Assembly: GCA_013265495.1 (NCBI GenBank)
Contig: MU058337.1
Span: forward strand, 1,170,777 to 1,234,776
Source: Vicugna vicugna
Lineage: Eukaryota
DNA length: 64,000 nt
Direction of reading: 5' to 3'
The translations under genes and the position numbers were made by a program. This document shows positions 24,760 through 38,604 of this stretch, piece by piece (the first letter of the stretch is position 1; each line of letters opens with the position of its first letter). Under the pieces are notes generated by a model. That model made no database searches. It was not told where the DNA came from and worked only from the letters and a program-made list of their open reading frames with translations.

Positions 24760-25830
24760 GAATCTACTGGAAGAGCATCCTGCATGTCTCCATTTCCTCA
24801 ACTTCTCTTCTTTCTAGGGATCCGACTTCCCCTTTCCTGCTTTGCTCAAACGCTCTCACTGAAGTCACTGCTGACCACTTGACTGTTGAATTTGGTTGTT
24901 TCTCTTCCACCCTCACTGCCTTGATCTTCCCCCGGGAATTCTGCCCTGGCCATGAGAATACAATCTCCTTCCGTGTCTGCCCCTTTACCTCTGTCTGCGC
25001 CTTCCAAGCTTCTTCCATTAGTCCATCTTCCAGCCCCCGCCACTGCTTTGCCCACTAAATACTGATTTCCTTAAGCTCTCTGCCTGCTTCCTTCCTCTGG
25101 CCCTCTACCCTCTTCCCGCACGACCGTGCCCATCCTGGACCTTCCATTTCCAGCTCTATGCTGATTCTCCATTTATTTCTTTAGTCACTAATTCTCTCTT
25201 GGTCTTTGAGGATCATATTTTCAAGTTTCCTTTAGACTCTTCCTCACAGATGTGCTCCAGAGATCTCAAGATCCCACGTCTCAGTGAGTGGAATCATCAC
25301 CCAGACTAGAGCAGAGCCAGCCTCGGCTTCCCTGCTGCGCAGAAACCCACTAAGGTGCCCCTAAGTCTTCCTGACTCTGGGGAACCTTCAGCTCAATAAT
25401 TTACCCCCATGTCCACTGGCACTGCTTCAGTTCAGGGACCCATACTGTCTGTCCCAGACTACAGTAGCAAGCTCCCCATTTGTTTTCTTGTCCCAGCTTT
25501 CCCCTCCTCTTGTCTGCTAGCTCTCTCCCTTTGGTATTAGCACTATCCATATAAACTAGAGCTGAGATAACATCACCCACATCTACAAAAATGGCTTTGC
25601 CTATTGCCCTCTGACAAATGAAGTACAAAACTCCAACTAGGGCATTCAATGTCCTTTAATACATGAGGTCCAATGCATCTTTCCAGCCAATGCTCTAACA
25701 GCACAAGATAGTCCACCATTCATAATTTTGCCACAAACACAATTCAGTGCCTTTTAAGAGGCCCTTTTTTGGCTGTCTACAGAGTTTTTATTCATCCTTT
25801 ACATCCTTGTGAAGGTGAAGTTCATTGTTA
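24760..25830 (+). mobile_element. L2 remnant
   Basis: Pyrimidine-rich sequence with GAAGTCACTGCTGACCAC, TTCCAGCTCTATGCTGAT, CTCAGTGAGTGGAATCATCACCCAG and AAGTACAAAACTCC. Confidence 0.65.
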
Positions 25831-27164
25831 CTGCTTCATCACTCTGGGCTGACATTCAAGATCAAAGCTGAGAAGCACCACTGGTAGTGCGAAGATGGAA
25901 GACCCTTGATGTTTACTTTGCCCAGGGTCTTTGTAGACAATACACAGAACCACACTATCACGAAATAAAAGGGGAGAGTAGGGATGTGTGTATATGTGCA
26001 TGTATGTACAAGGAAGGAACTTGTAAAAGGGTATCTCTGGCAGCAATGAAATCCCATAAGGTGGAGAAGGTAAAAGAGGAAAAGACTGGAATGAAAGCTT
26101 ATAAGATCGGTACATGTCATTTAGAGAGTGCTTGCAACATGATGCCGATACACGATAAAGCTGATCAAAGTAAATTTAATAAGTAAAAATGATATAATGA
26201 AAGGATGAATAAGCTAGCTTTGAAAATTGTACGTAAGACTCTATTAACTTATTCCACAAATATATTGAATAGCTAGACACACCTAGAAGGGAAAAGAGCC
26301 ACAGACAGGTCGGTAGCAGTGCTACGATCCCCCGGAAGTCCTCTGCCCGCTCTTCACCCCAGCATGTCCTCGGCACATACACACGAGGACACGTGCACAG
26401 AAATCGCTGGCCTGTAAGCACCGCAGGAGCCTGCCACCTCGGAACAATCAAAATGGCTTTGTGAGAAGCAGATGAGACACGGCGGTGCATTCTCCTGCTC
26501 TGACAGAGTGGCAGGGCGCACCAGCAGAGGGAAAACAGCAGACAGGGACAGTCGGCACGGACAAGGCTTTGGAGTCTGACCTTGTCGTGCTGTCATGATC
26601 GATAGCACTTGCTGGTTGATGGGAGTGTATGGTCTGGTTTCCATGTACTGAGATAACGTAGTTAAGTACTTTACTGCAGGGTCCTTTTCTAAAGATAGTC
26701 AGCGAGTAGCGCAGTGTGAATTTGGATTGTAATGTAAAAATGGCTTAGAACCCAGGCAATCAGACTTCTATAGTAATGGGCTACATGGGGCAACAGAGAA
26801 TCTGGTCATCACACGTTGAGATCTATTTAGAAGCTACTGCTAGATTAGTTGACTGCTAGGAAGGGTAATTTCTTACATGCTACATGAGGCAGAATTCCTA
26901 AAACTTATTCTCTAAATAGGGATATAAAGTGAAAGATCACCACATCAGTTGGAAATGTGATTTTATAAAACAATGTGAGTAAATTAAACACTGAATGACA
27001 AAGGGAAATCAGAAGTAGTATAAGTGAAATGTAAATTTTAAATCAGTTAAACATCAAGGAAATCCAATATCTTGCAGAAGGATCCAGTAATGGTTATGAT
27101 TGACCTCAAGCTAAATTGGTCATCAGTGAAGTCAGTATTAAAACAAAATCAGAAGTGACACATT

Positions 27165-27505
27165 CGAGATGGCAGTGCGAAGAGCTCAGTCAACAATTTT
27201 CCTAGTAAAACACCAATAACTAGGGGGAATTACTAAGCACACACACATACACATATAATCAGACACTTGGAAAGTGTCCTAAGGACCTGCAGCAAAAAAA
27301 AAAAAAAAAAGAAAAAAGAAACACTTATTCAAGAATATCTACTAAATCAGAGCACCAGGAGTCTGTGGTATGTGAGCCAAGACCCACTGCCTCCCCAAAC
27401 TTCTGCTCATCTTGATGGAAATGCCACTCCAGGTGGGTATGAAATGCAGACCTCCCTCTGCCCCATGCCCCACCGTAGGGCCATGTACTTTCCTAGAAGG
27501 GGCAG
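27165..27505 (+). mobile_element. Old L1 (L1M4/L1MB-type) 5' UTR fragment
   Basis: AGATGGCAG...AATAACT...GGAAAGTGTCCTAAGG...AAACACTTATTCAAGAATATCTACTAAATC...GAGTCTGTGGTATGTGAGCCAAGACC resembles recalled L1M4-class 5' ends. Confidence 0.6.
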
Positions 27506-27509
27506 GCTG

Positions 27510-28055
27510 CAAAGATGTATGAACGGCCAATAAACCCATGAAGAGATTTTCAACGTCAATAGCCATTATGGAAGCACAAATCAAAACCACAAGGAAGTAC
27601 CACTTCACACACACCAGATGAGCATAATGAAAATGACAGACAATGGCGCATCCAAGGGCGTGGAGAAAATGGTGAAGCATTCCAGAAGCAGTTTAGTGTT
27701 CATCAAAATGTTAAGCTTGGAATTATGTAGTAATAAGCACTCCCACTCCCAGGTATCTATCCAAGAGAAATGAAGACATATCCATGCAAAAATGTGTACG
27801 CATGTTCATAGCAGTGTTATTCGTAATAGTCAGAAAGTGGAAACAATGTCTGTCAGTTGATGGATGAATCAGTAAATGTGGTAAATCTATTCAGTATAGC
27901 ATTCTTAGACAATAAAAAGGAATAAAGTACTGATACACGGTACACTATGGATGAACTGTGAAAACATTATGCTAAATAAAAGAAGCAAATCATAAAAGAC
28001 CATCTACTACATGACTAATTTATGTGAAATATTCAGAATTGGAAAATTTCAATAA
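27510..28055 (+). mobile_element. Old L1 (L1MB-type) ORF2 end and 3' UTR
   Basis: GGCCAATAAACCCATGAAGAGAT...CAAATCAAAACCACAAGGAAGTACCACTTCACAC...CCAAGAGAAATGAAGACATATCC...AAAACATTATGCTAA. Confidence 0.85.
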
Positions 28056-28129
28056 ATTTTTTTTAAAAAGCATGGAAGTGGCATTTATTCATGGGAGTCA
28101 ACATAAAGCAGCCCATGAACTACACCACT

Positions 28130-28350
28130 GAGTGGTTAAGAGGACGGGCTTTATAATCAGAGAGACCTGGGTTCAAGCCTCGTTTCCGTCGTGATTTGCT
28201 GAGTGATCATACCTAAGTGTGTGTGTTTGTTTCATCTATAAATTGGGAATCCAGATGACTACATGTCAAGACGGCCATAAGGATTATATGTAATAATGGC
28301 TATGAAGTGGAAAGCAAGGACGAAATACTATTTCATAAATAGTAGCTGTT
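28130..28350 (+). mobile_element. MIR SINE
   Basis: AGTGGTTAAGAG...AGACCTGGGTTCAAGCCT...TTTCATCTATAAATTGGGAAT...AGGATTA. Confidence 0.75.
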
Positions 28351-31300
28351 AAGGACATTAATTTTCAAATTAGTCAGTGGTTATGGTTTAATATCCCGTA
28401 ATTTAAAACCTTTCTTCCATTTTTCATTAAAAATAAACAACAACAACATTTTCCCAGACTGCATAAGCTAAGCCTTCTAACGACCTTAACTTAGGGAAAA
28501 GCCAGGTATTCTAAATCTCGCTGTGCTGTCCGGGCTCCAGGCACAGCCAGTCCTGTACTGACTGCTTCCCACATCCTCCTCAGCCCCCAGGATCCCCCAG
28601 TGTTGTTCCCCATTTCCTTTCTCCTCAACAACCCCAGCAGCAGCTCCTTTCTATGCAGACACAAGGATACCTCTGCAAAACTATCGTTACGTCTAGATCG
28701 ACATAAGTGTTAGCTGCATCGATAGGCATTCTGTTTTTGTATATTTAGTCTGTCTCCCGCAGCAAAGCACTGGATCCTTGAGAACAGGGCGGATGTTTTC
28801 TGACACGGTGAAACTTCTTACAGTCATAGCACAGCCCTTTGTGGGGGAAGGCTTATTGCTGCCCAGCTAGCTGGTCTGGGGGACAAGGCAAGGTCCCCAG
28901 TGCTGCTGGGGGACTCTGGCCAGGCTGGTGTTGATGGACAGCTCTGGCCAAAACAAGAGAGTCTCCTGGGATCCACTCCAGAGCAGTGCAATGCCATGTT
29001 CCACCCATGTCAGTGTATCTGCATGTTTTCAATTTTTGCCTTTTATCTCATATGATTTTTTACCAAAAAAGCCCTATTGTTTTTTTGTTTGTTTGTTTGT
29101 TTGGTTTGGTTTTACCCTTTCCTTATTCCTAAGAGCATGTTAACTTACAAAGATGTGTACAATATAACAACATGAAGTTAATTAAGATGGTAATAAAAAT
29201 AATCTAAAGGTAACTCAGAAGGTTGAAAAGCAAAATGGGATCAAAAGTGGAGTTAGGTTGCAAAGGGAGGCCCCAAATTCCTCCACACCTTGCTGAAGCC
29301 AGATCACAAACCTAGACTGAAGTGTTGCAGGACTCAGAAAGATGGCAGGGAATGACCAGATGCAGGAGCTACCGTGGTCCTCAGTTATAAACAAAGTGGT
29401 TGCTAAAAACAAAAAACCAAAAAAACCCCCACAACTCTCCTAATACTAAACATAGAAGACATTTCTCCTGTGGCTTTTATATGATGAACGTAATTCCATG
29501 AGTAACGATACATTTAAGGACAGCGCCCTTTGAAAACCGGTCCTCATAACTCATTTGAGAAATACGCCAGCACGTTACAATAAAGGTGATGGTCTAAGAG
29601 AGAAAACAGCATTCATATTTATAGTCTTCTGCTTTTCTGGAATATAATAAGTCGTTCATCTCTTCGACAAGGCACGTTACACTCTGTGATATATGAATGA
29701 ACGGCATCTTAATGTGCAGAAATAAATGCAGTTGACTTATATGTTCCACATGCTACACCCTTGCATTGTCCTTTTCATTATACCAAAAACAGTGATTTTT
29801 AAAGCACTCAATCTTAATTTTGGTTTCCCTTAAAAACATCTTATCCACCAATAGATATGATTTTAAAAATATCTTCCCCTGAAAGAAAGACTGCATTGAT
29901 TTTTGGGGTCTTCTAACATACAGAGATATTTATAATAGACACCAGCAAGTTGACCTTGCGCTTGCCTTTCTGGACCCACGGCAGTACAATAACAAAGGAA
30001 TCCAGGGAGCAGATTCTAAATTAATTGGCCGTCTGAACTTTGAATGATCATTGCTTTGTGCCTGTTTGGGAAACATGATTGCTGGATTTAGAGATGGATA
30101 ACAACAAAGACTCCACTCTGACAAACCATTCTTCTGAGAAAATTGAACTGTTCTTTTTCCAACGGCATAATGATACCTAATCCATCGAGATGTAAAAACT
30201 CCATAAAAAGGCCTCTACCGAGCACTCCGGTCAGCCGGTTAAAGAAAGTGAGCAGTGTTCCTAGTGGAAGATAAACGGTTGCCCTATATGGTTTTATCTG
30301 TCATACTAATCTCAGAAGGCATCCCAGATGAGACTGGAGTTACAAAGACCGGCAAGCCGTCAGCGGGTACCTGGAGCTGAGTGTCCGAGCTCCGCGCATG
30401 CGAAATTCAAAGTACTTGGAAGAAAGCTTTCCCCTCCACATCAGTCCAGGCATACGCAGTGAACCTGACGTGAGATAATCCAAAACAATTCAGGTTCAGC
30501 AAAGGTTGGGAAAATATTGCAGGAGACGTAAAGCTTTGATGGAGAGCTTCTTTGATCTAAAGATTATAAAATACACAGTTTCTAATCTGACAAATTTTAA
30601 GCTGCAAAGCACAGTATCTAAACATTCCTCTTTTGTCATAACAGTTTAATCCCTTAAGAATGTGATTTAAACCACTGGGGAGCAAAGGTTACTGTGAGAT
30701 TTGTATGAAAGGGGGAAAATGCCTCAGACACCTTGATAGAAGTATGTGAGGGTCATTAAATTATGTAACAAAATGCTGCATCCGACGCACTCTGCTAGGT
30801 CACCGTCAGTTCAGGGCATGCCAGCCACCCATTGCCTTCCTTGCAATTAGGTGCAAAACGAAAGAAGTCTCTCTTTCTCCCTCTTCTTGTCGCCCACCCC
30901 ACCCTGAACCCTGCCCGCTTTCCCCTTTATCTCTTCCTTTTCCTTTAGTTCAAGATTTAATTCCCTTGATGTTACAAAAGTAGTACCTGCAGATTCCCCA
31001 GCAGCCACAACTAAACCCTAACAAAAACACTGCCCATTGTCGCGACATGCTTTCCATACGTACAGGTTTAACCAAAAATGTGTATATAGTATTTTCCCAG
31101 TAATGCCCAAAGTTAAACACAGCAGGAGCCATCAATACGGACAAAGTGAACACTTTGGTTTTTCACGTGGAGCCAAATGTACCTCCTGGTTCCCTGGATG
31201 GAAGCTTTCCGCCAGTGAACACACAGAGACAAAAGCACCTGAACCACGGTTGTGCCAGCTTTCCCAAACCACCGAGCAGAGCTGTGGTCCGAGGAGGCCA

Positions 31301-34300
31301 ACTGTCTGACTGTCCAACAGGCTCCTGGGAGAGGGTGGTTTTCTGTCTTTATCCTGCTAGTGATGCCATTTTCCTGCGTCCTCCTGCTTAAAAAACACTT
31401 CAAAAGGATAGACTTGTCCACACGCAGAGGACTAACAGCTTACTACGTCAGAGGACTTGGCTGAAATATTCATGGGGCCATCACTTGTACGATCTCACGG
31501 GGGACACTGGTGAGGCACTAGGAGGACCTGAAGGGGCAAACTCAGTGTCTGTGCTTAACAATGGGATGAACAACGACCCTGGAACCGCAGGCGTCAGCTT
31601 ATTTCCCTTACCTGGAAAAACCGGAACAAATCATCCAAAAATCAATTTGCAAGCACGGAGGAGAGCCCGTAGTGCTAGATAATAATTCACAGACCGTCGT
31701 GAAGCCAAAGGCTGTTCAAGTTTTATAATTTCTTCCTACGATTGTGATAGCCCGGCAAATTAGAGGGCAGGAATGGCATCGTATTTCTTCACTAATAAAG
31801 TTTATTGTCCCTTGTAACATCCCCATATAATCTGAGTCAATACGAACTAGGACTGGAGGTCATGATAAAGTCACATGGGCACACGCGTAACTGCGGTGTT
31901 TCACTGAAATCTTAATCAATGAATAATTACATTTCAATTTTACAGCTTAATAAAGTGGATTTTGTAAGAGGTCCATGGGGATCTGGGACTATTGGATATT
32001 TTCAACTTTATCACATAGAAAAATAGATGATACGCTTATTAAATGAAACGGCGGTAATCTAAGAAGTGTAATGATCACCTTCAGCAACAGAATTAGAAGT
32101 CAGACTAACCCTGAAATAATAAACAGAGTGAAGTTCAGCAGCATAGAGAAAGATACTGGAGTATTTCTCTTGTTGAACAACAAGAAAGGAAATCTATAAA
32201 GGAAAGACCATGAAGGAATTCCCAAGTATAAATTATAATGAAAAATAAATCTAGGATTTGAATTGAAATATATGTGGATAATTATTTAATAACAAAAAAT
32301 TCATTGCAGAAACAGATTTTGAGGGAAAAGTCATTTTAAAATGATCAAATTCATCACTGTACATTTGAAAAGAATGATTTAACAAAAGAGGCTTCCAATA
32401 AAATTATGTGGGGCTGAATTAGCTAGTGCCTGATTTACCAGAAATTTAGCATCAGACTGTGAGCCCTTTAGGGATGGGAAGTGGGACTTAACTCTTAAAA
32501 ACCCCGCCGGAACAGCGTGTTGTTTTATCCCAGCAGGTACTGGGTGGGTGTGACTGGGTTGGACCAAAGGCCTCCTTGCTCAGAGAGTTTATACAGGTAC
32601 GCATGCTTCTCAGTGTAACAGTGTTGGTCCAAAGCTGCTACCTGTCCTGCTAGACAGGAAGTGAAATACAATAATCATTTAGAAACATCTAGAACATTTT
32701 GACGTGATTTTATGTCTGTTCAATCCAGTAATAAAAAACAAAATCGAGGCTTGTATTTTTCATACCTTTTCATTTTCCCAGCATTTCATGTCTTTTGTAT
32801 TTTACAAATATATGGTTTTGCAGTGAGTTGGAAATTTAAAAATCTGGCTTCTTACCACAGACAGTTTGAGAAAAAATGATACAGAGCACATAGAAAAATG
32901 GGAAAAATTTAATTCTCTTATTATCTTAATACTGGTTTGGTTTATTTAAGACCATTTCCAGAAAACAGACTGCAATATTTGGAAAAATGTCAAAAAAAGA
33001 TTCAAAGTTATGAATATGGTTCAAATGTAAGAAATAGGAACAATTGGTGAGCCACAAATCAATGACCTTAAGATTGTCTCTCTAAGTATCTTTCTGCTTT
33101 GTAATACAAGCTTTCTAACTCTTCAGGGTCATTTTAAAGTGACTTCTCTTCCAGAACACATAAAGCAAGCATATCTATTTTCATGTCAGCAGTCATGCTA
33201 ATAATGCTTTTCAAATTCTCCACTTTAATAGATTATTTATTAAACTACCAGGCAGTTCTTGTCCTGGAATGTTTACTTCTAAGATCAGCGCAGAATCAGT
33301 TGCTAGGTGCTATCCGTGATCAAAAGCCCTAAGTCCACACAGACTGTCTCTTTATTCTGCCTTATCTTCATCCTCATCCCTCCATCACAGGACACAGCTA
33401 TAACAGTCTGACAGAGGAACAGGGGTGACCCTTCACACCTTATTTCTCTAGGATTAGGGCTGATTGGCATCCTCTTTTATCTATTAAGGGAGCACTTTTC
33501 ATCAAAACCTACATCTACATGGCACTTTACAACGATGCATAATGGAGGATGTTCTACATGCTAACGACAATAAAAAGAATTATGGGGAAAAAAAGAAAGA
33601 AAGAAACCCAAAGGTTAATAGCCTGATGGGCAGAAGTTCATCTCATTTCTCCCATCTACCATTTTCATTACACTCTGTCATTTGATGTGCTCAGGGAGTG
33701 ACAAGGGGCTGCATTAACAATAGGAGTTAACGCGAAAAGTATACTGGTGATGCTGATTGAAATGTACCTATGCTGACAGACCTAAACAAACCACGTGGGT
33801 GGCGGGGCATTTGTCAGTCAGACCCTGTTTATAGCACTGTTTTAGATTCTGTGGAGGTGGGTACCTCCTCCTCTGTTAGGACCAGTCTTGAAGAGTTTCT
33901 TGGTGACCACCTATAGAGTGGTCATGTAGGTCTGATTATACAAAGAACAGAGCCCTAAGCAAGAAACCAGGACCTCATTAGGTCTTGACTCTTGCCCAAT
34001 TATTTCATAGGGGATTACTCAGTTCCTCCTCAAAGGTTCAAGAACAGAAGACTGACCCAACTCTGCAGCCAGCATTCAAGGACCCTGCAGCTGTACAATC
34101 GTAGCATTCAAGCCACTCCCTCCAGCCCACCCAGAAGGCTGACATCTGCTGTCCCCTCCAACCTCCTGAAATGCCCTGGCTCTTACGTCACCACCAGTCT
34201 GCCTCCAGCTGCATCAAACTCCTCTGTCCAGGCTCACCAGCCACACATCTTCTATGAAGCCTTCCCGGTCATGGCCAGGAAAAGTCAAGGTCCCTTCAAC

Positions 34301-35214
34301 ACACTCTTCCGTATCCATATGGAGTTTCCACGTGGTCACTTACAATGACCTTCCTGTCCATTATGGTTCATTCATCATCTCATCACCTAGAACTCATTTG
34401 CTACATCTCATCACCCAGAACTTCTACTCTCCATCATATTCTCAATTCTGTTTCAGTCTCTGACCAACAGGTGTCAGTTTTCACCCCTTGGTAACTGCTC
34501 TGTCTTCTCCTAAAACTCCATGTGCTCCACTCCTGCGGTTCCCCTCATCATTTTGATCTTTATGGCTTCACCTCCTCTCCATCTGGTTTAGTCTCTATGT
34601 ATGATGACCTGAACTACCTTTTACCAGAACCCTTAGTTTCCTTGCACCCTCACTTCTATCCACACCCTCATCCAACAAAATCCCAACCCTCATTCATTCC
34701 AGATTCCTCAAGCAAGGAGCCTAGAGCCAAGTGATCCATGCATTGACAAACAGAAGCAAGAAGGAGGAGGGTCCTACCAAGATGGCATCAGATGCCCACC
34801 AAGTACAGTCCAGCTTTCTTCCTTACAGAATGCTGGGCAGAGCCAGATACACTGCTTCCCACTCACTGGTTAATGCTCTTTTCTAGACCTTTATTTCCTC
34901 AGCATTAAAATGAGAGGGTTGAAATAGATGAATCCTTTCTAATCTATTCTTTCCACCTTTCTCTACCTTCCCTTTTTGCAGTAAAACTCTTACTTTCAAA
35001 TGTAATCTTATTAAGGAGCCCCCAAATAGAAAAAAAAATAGACAAAAGTAATAAAAAGGGCCCTCAGGCAGCATAAATTCTAATTGTTTGGCAAAAATAA
35101 ATGTTTAACTTTCATTGCCCCAGAAACACCTGTGTGTAGCCCGGGGCTGTATACAGCTCATTTTGAAAACTAGTCCATTATGCCTTTGGGCTACAAGCTT
35201 TATTATAAATTAAA

Positions 35215-35460
35215 AAAGGTAAATTGCACAGGAGTATATTTAGTATAACTCCATTTATACATATAGATACGTGTATATATAATATATATTCTTGAATACA
35301 CAGAATATTTCAGAAAGAACAAATATAAAAATTAACATTGATCTCTTCCAAAGACCAGAGATCGTGTATGAGAAAAAATTTCCATTCTTTAATACAGTTG
35401 GATATATACTTTTTACCACAAACGTGGTATTTTTTATTATTTTAAATAAAAGGAAATCAC
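35215..35460 (+). mobile_element. Very old L1 (L1ME-like) 3' remnant
   Basis: AAATTGCACAGGAGTATATTTAGTATAACTCCATTTAT...CAGAAAGAACAAATATAAAAATTAACA. Confidence 0.4.
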
Positions 35461-35655
35461 CAAAGTTTTCTTAGGTACCCTTCATCTCTAAGGTTCCGTG
35501 ATTTTGTTTCCCGTAACCCATGAGTTAATCTTTCTTCCTTCCCAGTATTTGCACCTATCAAAAATTGCTTGTGAAAAGTGCTGCTCTAAAAATCAGGAGT
35601 TGTCTCTAGAAAGGAATTTTCCATCAAAAGTTCTTATGAGATAAAAAAAGAAAGT

Positions 35656-36126
35656 TCTTATGAGTTGAAGTTCGTCCCCCTAAAAAGACATGTTGAAGTC
35701 CTGCCCCCAGTATCTCAGGGTGTGACCTGATTTGGAAATTGGGTCCTTGCAGATGTAATCAGTTAGGTTAAAACAAGGTCCTCGTGCAGCAAGCAGGGTG
35801 GGTCCCTAATCCAGTAGAACCAGCGTCCTTACAAGAGGAGAGACAAGGAGAAGTGTCCACGTGAAGACAGAGACACGCAGGGAGGAGGCCACGTGAGGAC
35901 GGAGCGGGGACTGGAGAGCTGCGACTACACGTTAAGGAACTCCAGGGACTGACAGCCACCACCAGAAGCTAGGAAGAGGCACGAAAGGAATCTGCTCGGA
36001 GTCCCCAGAAGACGCCAACTCTGCCAGCCCTGATTCAGACTGCGAGCCTCTAGAGCTGTAAGAAAATCAGTTCCTGTTGTTTTAATCCACCCAGTGTGTG
36101 TTACAGCAGCCCAGGAAACTGACACA
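35656..36126 (+). mobile_element. MLT1C-like MaLR solo LTR
   Basis: TTATGAGTTGAAGTTCGTCCCCCTAAAAAGACATGTTGAAGTCC...GTGACCTGATTTGGAAATTGGGTCCTTGCAGATGTAAT...CCACCAGAAGCTAGGAAGAGGCA...TTACAGCAGCCCAGGAAACTGACACA. Confidence 0.9.
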
Positions 36127-37929
36127 CAAGCCCACACCCTCAGGAGGGCACACCTCCCTCGCTTTATTGTTTCCCACGTGGCTGCCGCCCTGCCCTCAGG
36201 CTGAGCAGTTGTCACAGACCCTGTAAAGAGGACATGTAAGCAGTCTTTTGTGTTCAGCGCCCCACAGATGCACACTCGGAAGGAAGAGCTAAACTCAAGG
36301 ATCAAATCATTCTACGTCAGGCACTGAACCACGCGATGTATGATAATAGGACAACCACCAGTGGGTGATATTCATCACAGTGCTTTATTTGAGATCCAAC
36401 CGAATATGTAGTGGGTTATCGATTAGATTTCTCCTCGCCTGTCAGTGAAGAAATGGAAATGTGACTGAACCACAAATATTTTATATCAAGAAACCAACAA
36501 TTCGAAAAGAGCCTCCAAATCTGAACATAACAAAAATCCGGAGCTGGTCCAAGACACAGTGCATTAGATGTGTTTCAAACTGTAAAATGCTGTCTATATA
36601 ATCTTTAGGCAGCATTATTTTTCCACCATAATAAATTTCTGGCATTGGACTACATTACATTCCAATTTGTCACTGAGAAAAGAATAACACAGTTCATTTG
36701 TGAGAGAAGAATTTCAAGGATAACTTCATGTGCAACAGAGACACCCACACCACTGCCCTAGAAACATCCCCAAAGCTGTTATCATAGCTGTCTTTGCATT
36801 TAGCCAAAAAAACTCATGATTTGCTGTCAAAAAAAAAATCACAACTTGGCCTCTGGATCCTATAATTAGTCAGTTTTCAGATTTAACCTTTTCTTTTTTG
36901 TTTGAAGCTTCTCTTTCTAGGAAAATTTTAATCTTCTGGTAAAAAGTGCTCGATGTGTGACATGGCCTCTGACCCAAACAGAGGTGTTCACAACCCATGC
37001 ACTGGATGAGTTCCGACTGTGTACAAAGCATTATGGTCATCTGGTTCTAGATACAAAAGTAAAATGAATACGATCCCTAATTTTATCAAAGTTCACCAAT
37101 TATATAAATATATATAGTGATAAACACATATCAATAAATCAAAATAAATAAAAGTCAGCTTTTGCCCCAGCCATAGACCCATCCCTGAGATCCCTTTGAG
37201 ATGTTCACGCCAGGATTCAGCTCTTCCTCTGGAACCATTGAGTGGTTAGCTAGCAGTTGTACCTCAATCACTCAGTGCAGGTGTGCTTTCAGCATGGCCT
37301 TACCTGGATGAGAATGACAAGGCACCCATGTTAATCACCAGAAGCACCTCCCACGCTCTCGTCCAAAACCTCTGCTGATTGAGTCGCCTCCTCTGCCCCA
37401 CCCCTCCCTTGGTGACTGGATAGGTTTGTTGAGCCCTAGCTTGAATTAGATTTAAGATGCTCATCCTCCACTATTTCTGCCTGCAAGAGGCTCCTTTGTG
37501 TCTGCCTGGGTGGGGAGCTAAAGGGGCAGGAGGAGAGAATAGCAAAGTGCAGTAAAAAGTGCAACTGGGATTGTAAGTGGGAGGCGAGCTGTAAAAGGCA
37601 TGCGGTGCCACCAGAGAAGGAATAACCTGATGAGCTCCTCCTTTTGAAACGATTGCTCATCTCCAAGCCACTGCTAAACACTGTGACATGTGCCACCATT
37701 TCTGTGGCAGACTGTCATATACACATACCAAATTTTGTAGGTTATTTATTTACTATGTAAGTTAAAGTGCCATCAATAGTCTTTCCATAATAATTGTTTC
37801 TCAAACTTGAGTAGTATATGAATTCAAAAACAAATGCAAACAAACTTCCAATGACTCTCCAGTGTTGACCAATCATTTTCACTATAAAGTCACTATGGTA
37901 GGTTGAAAAATGTCGCATCCTACCTCCCC

Positions 37930-38406
37930 TTGTCAGCGCCACCACTAAAGACAGTCACCTTCTACTCCCTGGCACCTGTAAATGTGACCGTATATGACAA
38001 AAAATGGGGGACGGTGGTTTGCAGATGGGGATTAAACTGAGGATTTGAGGTGGGGGGACTGTCCTGGATCATCAGGATACCCACCTGGTGGGCCCTAAAC
38101 GCAGCCACACGTGTCCTTACAGGAAGGAGGCACAGGGAGATCTGACACACACAGAAGGAGGCAATGTGAAGACAGAGGAAAGAAAGACTTGAAGTTGTGA
38201 CCACAAGCCAAGGAGCACTGGCCATCACCAGCAGCTGGGAGAGGTAAGGAGTGTTTCCTCCCCTCGAGTACCTGGAGTGAGGGTCGCTCTGGTGATGCCC
38301 TGATTGGGGCCTTCAGATCTCTGGAACTGTGAGAGAGAAAATTTCTTTGGTTTTAAGTCACCAAATTTTTGGAAATTTGTTACAGCAGCTTTAGGAAACT
38401 AATAAA
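37930..38406 (+). mobile_element. MLT1D-like MaLR solo LTR
   Basis: CCCTGGCACCTGTAAATGTGAC...TTTGCAGATGGGGATTAA...GGAACTGTGAGAGAGAAAATTTCTTTGGTTTTAAGTCACCAAAT...TTGTTACAGCAGCTTTAGGAAACTAATA. Confidence 0.85.
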
Positions 38407-38604
38407 GTTACAGATCATTTTTATTATAAAATTGATGTACAAACATCAAACAATGGATAAACTCTTTACTCTTACGACTATGACACATCTGCGAAATCCC
38501 AACGAATTTATAAATTAAACAAAAAGAAAACTATAAAACCAACAAAACTCAATAACAACAGAAAAGTAACACAATGATGATTGCAAAAATTAAGCCTCTG
38601 TTTG

